Source of the DNA: Planctomycetota bacterium
Lineage (GTDB): Bacteria > Planctomycetota > UBA8108 > UBA1146
Length of the DNA: 11,947 nt
Assembly: GCA_036338595.1 (NCBI GenBank)
Contig: JAYZBV010000017.1
Coordinates: forward strand, 1-11,947
Direction: 5' to 3'
Shown here: one piece after another, positions 7,583 through 11,947 of the stretch
Layout: each line of letters begins with the position of its first letter
Position numbering within the stretch: position 1 is the stretch's first letter
Notes under the pieces: generated by a model
Told to the model about the DNA's origin: nothing
Database searches by the model: none
Seen by the model: the letters and a program-made list of their open reading frames with translations, nothing else
Position numbers and translations under genes: made by a program

Positions 7583-9817
7583 TCAGGGAACCATGCAGCT
7601 GCGAAAGGACTTCAACAGCACGATCTCCTCGATCAGTGCTGGAATTGATGGATCGGTTTCGAGCCGATTCATGAGTCTGGCGATGGACGGCTCATCGCGT
7701 TCGGTAAGACCGCGACCCAGCGCATAGATCAGCATATTTTTCGCCAAGGACCTGGCGAACCCATCTGAACTGGAAACCGTATTGCGCAGGTCTTCAATTC
7801 CCAGGAGTACGGAACCATCTGGAAGTTCTCCTCGGGTATCGATCTCTCCCGTGCGGTAACGTCCGACAGCGTCGAATCTTTCGAGAGAAAAACCCAGTGC
7901 GTCCATTCGACGGTGGCAGATGCTACAAGCGGGTTCGCTACGATGCAGTCGCAACTGCTCTCGTAGTGGCAACTCTGATCCAACTTCTCCGGGTAGAGGA
8001 AGCGTGCCCGCTCCCGGAGGTGGAGGAGGCGGTGCTGCATCGAGCAGCACTTCCAGCAACCACTTGCCGCGTAGCACAGGAGAACTTCTCTGTCGGGTGC
8101 TGGTAGCCAGCAGGATGCTGGCCTGAGACATCAGACCTCCGCCGCGAGGATTCTCGACCTCGATACGACGTATCTGATCACCCTTCACTTCTTTCAGGCC
8201 GTAGTGCCTGGCGAGTCGATTGTTGGCGAAGATATAGGGGGTATCGATCAACTCACTCAAGGGCAGTCGGTTTCGGAGGACGTGATCAAATAACTCGATC
8301 GTTTCTGCTTTCATGTACCCGAGCAGTCGTCTGTCGATGTCGGGAAAAATCTTCCTGTCTGGTAGATGATCGCCGAGATCTCGGATTCTCAGCCACTGAG
8401 TGGCGAAATCGCTACCGAGGGAGCGAGAACGAGGATCGAGAAGCAGCCGCCGAGTCGCTGCCAGAAGCCCCTCCGGTTGATCCAGGGATCCTTGTTCAGC
8501 CGCATCCATCAGCGACTGATCGGGTGTTGTTCCCCAGAGAAAATAGGACAGTCGAGTGGCCAGTTCATGGCCTTGGAGGTTTCGTATCGTTCCAGAATCC
8601 ACATCCGATGGAGTGCTCTCGATACGAAGAATGAAACGAGGGGAAACGATGGCAGCGACCAGCGCAGATCGTAGCAGTGATTCAGCAGATGTCGGGTCGG
8701 AGGCCGCTGCAACAGCGGTATCGACCAGTTTCTGTCTCATCGCCTGCGAGACCGGTTTCCTCCAGAAGAGAGGTAGCCACTGCCTGGCTCCCCGGGCCAG
8801 TCGTTCCCGGGGTGTTCCGTCACCATCGAGTGCCACTTGCTGGAAGTGAGTGGGTTCCAGACCTTCCGCAGGTCCATCTACGCGGATGGAAACGATGGCT
8901 GCGTTGCGATCTCTCTGCGTTGGGTCCGGATGTTCTGGTTTGTAGTAGTCATTGATGAAGGTTGCCCGGATTTGATGAGTTCCCGACGAGAAGTGACGCT
9001 CAAGAGATCTTCTGCCAGGTTTTTCACGGGTTTCGGAGAACTCGATGGTGTCTAGCCTGTTTTTTCCGACCTGCAAACCGAATCGGACATGTTGGTTACC
9101 CGCCTGCTGTCCCCAGCCCTCGACATGAATTCGATATGTGCCCGAGCGCGGGAAAAAGTGCGGGACAGAGACGCTGCCGCGACTCCAGAAGTATGCACTA
9201 CCGGCCTGGACACGACCTCCGCCCTCCAGTTTGAACTCACTGACCTCGTGAAGAGTCGAGAGGTCGGAGTCGTCATCGGAGATGATGACGGTTCCCTGAG
9301 CGACTTCCTCTGCGATACGAAACAGGCGCTCGATGTATGTTGGTGACAGTGAACCCCCCTGGTTGTCAAAGCCATCGGATGAAGGATCGGCGGGTAGGTG
9401 ACGCTCGATGTCCATCTCGAATCCGGTCAGGTCGCGGATCGTATTGTGCAACTCGGTTCTGCTGAGCCGTCTGGTCACGGCTGCTCCTGGTGTTTCTGGC
9501 ATCGACTGCAGGACCTGCCGCATCCAGTCTTGCAGTTGCAAAATGGCTGCATCGCGTTCCTGAGATGTCGGGGAAGGCTCATCTTCCGGGGGCATCTCAC
9601 CGCTGGTGAGGACACGGTGGACCAGTCGCCAGTCCTCCATCGGAGCCGTGGCACCATCTTCCAGCACCACTTCCAGGTCGAGACCGCCCTTCGGTTCTTC
9701 TCCTGAGTGACACTCCACGCAGCTGGATTGGAGGAGATCGCCCACTACCTGCGGAACGGGGTCGGTCGTCGGAGAGGATTGATTCAGAAGTAGTATCAGG
9801 ATGGCGGGGTAAATCAT
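7583..9817 (-). CDS. DUF1592-family multidomain c-type cytochrome-like protein (PSCyt1-type heme domain, DUF1587, CBM60-like insert, DUF1595, DUF1592, DUF1588, DUF1585), 744 aa
   Basis: CVECH at 9707-9721 followed by KGGLDL and GEMPP; RRLSRTELHNTIRDL and LPADPSSDGFDN (DUF1587); ELATRLSYFLWGTTPD and FATQWL (DUF1592); SSPVLRGKWLLEVLL-polyPro and CSICH at 7913-7927 (DUF1588); YALGRGL (DUF1585). The ATG overlaps the upstream stop (ATGA). Confidence 0.93.
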   Translation of the reverse strand: MIYPAILILLLNQSSPTTDPVPQVVGDLLQSSCVECHSGEEPKGGLDLEVVLEDGATAPMEDWRLVHRVLTSGEMPPEDEPSPTSQERDAAILQLQDWMRQVLQSMPETPGAAVTRRLSRTELHNTIRDLTGFEMDIERHLPADPSSDGFDNQGGSLSPTYIERLFRIAEEVAQGTVIISDDDSDLSTLHEVSEFKLEGGGRVQAGSAYFWSRGSVSVPHFFPRSGTYRIHVEGWGQQAGNQHVRFGLQVGKNRLDTIEFSETREKPGRRSLERHFSSGTHQIRATFINDYYKPEHPDPTQRDRNAAIVSIRVDGPAEGLEPTHFQQVALDGDGTPRERLARGARQWLPLFWRKPVSQAMRQKLVDTAVAAASDPTSAESLLRSALVAAIVSPRFILRIESTPSDVDSGTIRNLQGHELATRLSYFLWGTTPDQSLMDAAEQGSLDQPEGLLAATRRLLLDPRSRSLGSDFATQWLRIRDLGDHLPDRKIFPDIDRRLLGYMKAETIELFDHVLRNRLPLSELIDTPYIFANNRLARHYGLKEVKGDQIRRIEVENPRGGGLMSQASILLATSTRQRSSPVLRGKWLLEVLLDAAPPPPPPGAGTLPLPGEVGSELPLREQLRLHRSEPACSICHRRMDALGFSLERFDAVGRYRTGEIDTRGELPDGSVLLGIEDLRNTVSSSDGFARSLAKNMLIYALGRGLTERDEPSIARLMNRLETDPSIPALIEEIVLLKSFRSCMVP

Positions 9818-10389
9818 CGATCCCCTGGTGGGGGCTCGGAAACTCGACCATCTGAATCGATCTCGATGTCGTGGAGGCGATGCAGATCCTCTGCAAACTT
9901 TGCACTCATCGCCTCGTTCATCAGGTATGCGAGCAGCCCGGTGCCAGGAGGCAAATCGCCCTCATCTTTCCAGACGATGAGGGTCCCTCCACTTTCGATG
10001 GGTTCGAGTGTGATCGAGCCGCTGGCATTGATCTCTTCCGACTCGATGGCACCCTCGTACCAGATCCCTGTATCGGGCTCGGCCCTCGTGATGGTCAATT
10101 TTCCACGGCTCTTTTCGCTGGTCCAGCTGTAGCCATGGCCGGCTGTGGCCGCTTCACCTTCGATGACCACATCGCGGACACCGAATGAGTTGTCATCCCA
10201 GCCGACCCATTGATCCCAGGATTCAAAATTGGAGATGAGTGGGTAGAGATCCTCTACCGAATGGGCGGAGGGTTGCTCGACCCGCACACTCCACTTGGCC
10301 GGCAGCATGAACCCGGTGATCACGAGAAACAGGATCAGCAGGATAAAAGCACCGCACCCCAGCAGCAGTAGTCTTCGAAGTAACTTCAA
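9814..10389 (-). CDS. Membrane-anchored SRPBCC (START/polyketide cyclase-like) family protein
   Basis: Basic N-terminus and TM helix ending GFMLP, then LYPLISNFESWDQWVGW, YSWTS, GTLIVW and a C-terminal helix. The likely start is TTG at 10389 (GAAGGG upstream) or GTG at 10398. The ORF-track extension to 10491 looks non-coding. Confidence 0.85.
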   Translation of the reverse strand: MKLLRRLLLLGCGAFILLILFLVITGFMLPAKWSVRVEQPSAHSVEDLYPLISNFESWDQWVGWDDNSFGVRDVVIEGEAATAGHGYSWTSEKSRGKLTITRAEPDTGIWYEGAIESEEINASGSITLEPIESGGTLIVWKDEGDLPPGTGLLAYLMNEAMSAKFAEDLHRLHDIEIDSDGRVSEPPPGDR

Positions 10390-10607
10390 CGATGACACCC
10401 TTCGTGAAGCATGGAGAATACAGGACAGATCGAGGGGTAACCAACCATGCAGATCGTGAACAGATTTGCCGTATAGACCACATTGCCACAACAGGCTCTG
10501 CCCGTACCATCACCCGGAGATCCGTAGCGATCAGATTGAGATGCTGATGCTGCCATCGACCTGTTTCGAACAGATTCAATGAATGATGTAGAGGCCAAGG
10601 AGTTCAG
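10390..10607. promoter_or_regulatory. Divergent intergenic region expected to carry promoters for both arms
   Basis: About 218 nt between head-to-head genes; AAGGAG Shine-Dalgarno at 10597-10602 for the plus-strand gene. No convincing sigma70 consensus was identified. Confidence 0.55.
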
Positions 10608-11117
10608 ATGCTGAAGAAAATTGCCATTGTGGTTCTTGTGGTGGCCATCCTGTTGCTGGTCGTGGGCTACTTGCTTCCGCGCACGTATTTGATTTCCAGA
10701 TCCAGTTTCATTGAGGCATCCGCAGACAAAATTTACGCCAGCGTTATCGATCTGAAAAGTTGGCCCGAGTGGACGCCATGGAATGAAGAGATGGACCCGA
10801 CCATCGAGTACACGTACACGGGGTCGGGGGTCGGATCGGTTTCCAGATGGACCAGTGACAACATCGGTGTTGGATATCTGGAGGTCACCAGCGCAGAAGA
10901 GGGGCGAGGAATCGTGTACGAGCTCCACTTCGAGGGTTCTGCGCCAGCGGATGGGGTGGTGCAGATCACGCAGATGAAGGGGGGCTGCGAGGTAATGTGG
11001 AAGATGAGTGGTGAGGGTGTACCTCCTATCGAGCCCTACTACATCTTGATGATGAATTGGATGATAGGAAAAGACTTCGAGCAGTGTCTCGCCGGGTTGA
11101 AGGAGCGAAGCCTGTGA
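10608..11117 (+). CDS. Membrane-anchored SRPBCC family protein, 169 aa
   Basis: MLKK, then a TM helix ending GYLLP; RSSFIEASADKIY, DLKSWPEWTPW, GSGVGSVSRWTS, MIGKDFEQCLAGLK; strong AAGGAG ribosome-binding site. Confidence 0.92.
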   Translation: MLKKIAIVVLVVAILLLVVGYLLPRTYLISRSSFIEASADKIYASVIDLKSWPEWTPWNEEMDPTIEYTYTGSGVGSVSRWTSDNIGVGYLEVTSAEEGRGIVYELHFEGSAPADGVVQITQMKGGCEVMWKMSGEGVPPIEPYYILMMNWMIGKDFEQCLAGLKERSL

Positions 11118-11947
11118 AGTTTGCGCCAATCTGGATGACATTACTGCTGATGGCGGCCCTTCCGGTCGGTGCAGATGAAGCGAAATCGCCGCCGAATATC
11201 CTGTGGATCGTCTCCGATGATCAACGTGCTGACACCATCGCTGCACAGGGAAACGCCACGATCCTGACACCTTCCCTCGATCGTTTGGCGCGCCAGGGGA
11301 TCAGTTTCAACAGCGCATACTGCATGGGATCGACCAGCGGAGCGGTCTGTGCACCGAGCCGGTACATGATGATGACGGGGCGTTCGCTGCATCGACTGCC
11401 GGGAAATGTCTTCAACATCCCCGAGCAGGAGGTGACCCTTCCCCAGCGGCTCCGAGAAGCGGGATGGAACACCTTCTTCACCGGCAAGTGGCACAACGGA
11501 AAGGCTGCGTACCAGCGCTCCTTTGGTGGCGGTGCAGAGATCTTTTTCGGCGGAATGGGGAGCCATACAAAACTGATGGTCCACGATCATCAACCGGATG
11601 GAAAATACCCCGACAGCAAACGCCACCCCCTGCCAGCCTTCTCCTCGACCGCTTTCGCCGATGCTGCCATCCGTTTCATCGAGGAGCAGGCAATCATCGA
11701 AGAGCAGGAAAGAAAGAACGAGGAGCAGGTGAGTGATGGCCGCAACAATCCATTCTTTGCCTGTGTCTTCTTCACCGCACCCCATGACCCTCGCACTCCT
11801 CCGGCGCAGTTCCTGTCGATGTACCCGAAGGAAAAGATGTCGTTACCGGCGAACTTCTTGCCGGAGCATCCCTTTGACAACGGAGAACTGAAAATCCGCG
11901 ATGAAAAGCTGGCCCCATTCCCCCGCACCCCTGAGGTGGTGAAGGAG
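11114..11947 (+). CDS. Secreted formylglycine-dependent (family S1, Cys-type) sulfatase, 3' end beyond the right edge
   Basis: Hand translation from GTG at 11114 (GTGA overlap) gives a signal peptide MKFAPIWMTLLLMAALPVGA, then PNILWIVSDDQR, TPSLDRLA, catalytic CAPSRYMMMTGR (Cys codon at 11348-11350), GKWH and FTAPHDP. The frame is open to the window end. Confidence 0.95.
   Translation, partial: MKFAPIWMTLLLMAALPVGADEAKSPPNILWIVSDDQRADTIAAQGNATILTPSLDRLARQGISFNSAYCMGSTSGAVCAPSRYMMMTGRSLHRLPGNVFNIPEQEVTLPQRLREAGWNTFFTGKWHNGKAAYQRSFGGGAEIFFGGMGSHTKLMVHDHQPDGKYPDSKRHPLPAFSSTAFADAAIRFIEEQAIIEEQERKNEEQVSDGRNNPFFACVFFTAPHDPRTPPAQFLSMYPKEKMSLPANFLPEHPFDNGELKIRDEKLAPFPRTPEVVKE
11676..11729 (+). repeat. 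Three imperfect in-frame tandem copies of a CGARGAGCAGG core encoding an EEQ-rich loop
   Basis: TCATCGAGGAGCAGG (11676-11690), TCATCGAAGAGCAGG (11694-11708) and GAACGAGGAGCAGG (11716-11729); periods of 18 and 21 nt. Confidence 0.7.

Noticed and set aside
8011..8036. GGA/GGT/GGC trinucleotide run
   Set aside because: Encodes the poly-proline stretch that is standard in DUF1588 domains.
10386..11270. 294-aa minus-strand ORF crossing the divergent region
   Set aside because: Antisense to the clear SRPBCC and sulfatase genes; shadow-frame composition; no family motif.
11141..11928. 214-, 91- and 112-aa minus-strand ORFs and a 90-aa plus-strand ORF
   Set aside because: All overlap the sulfatase frame, which has unambiguous catalytic motifs.
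1..11947. CRISPR array, tRNA/rRNA, transposase/integrase, frameshift or recoding
   Set aside because: No regularly spaced repeats, RNA-gene signatures or mobile-element motifs were seen, and all eight reading frames are uninterrupted.

Overview
Gene-dense bacterial window with eight protein-coding genes and no RNA genes, mobile elements or CRISPR arrays. The DUF1592/DUF1552 pair plus a secreted sulfatase suggests a Planctomycetota-like or similar host (inference). Six genes lie on the minus strand, in transcription order: membrane-anchored SRPBCC protein, di-heme DUF1592-family protein with an inserted CBM60-like domain, Tat-type DUF1552 (HXXSHH) protein, then a tripartite efflux system (RND permease, periplasmic adaptor, TolC-like lipoprotein truncated by the left edge). 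Divergently on the plus strand are a second SRPBCC paralog and a Cys-type formylglycine sulfatase truncated by the right edge. The two edge genes are missing from the supplied ORF track; I translated them by hand. The most notable points are the symmetric layout, with each arm led by an SRPBCC gene coupled to a secreted protein; an RND permease with a non-canonical proton-relay motif (DQ instead of DD, no TM10 Lys); an adaptor with a very long alpha-hairpin; and a hairpin-rich spacer before the pump. All components belong to known but partly uncharacterised families. That they form one functional system is a hypothesis.
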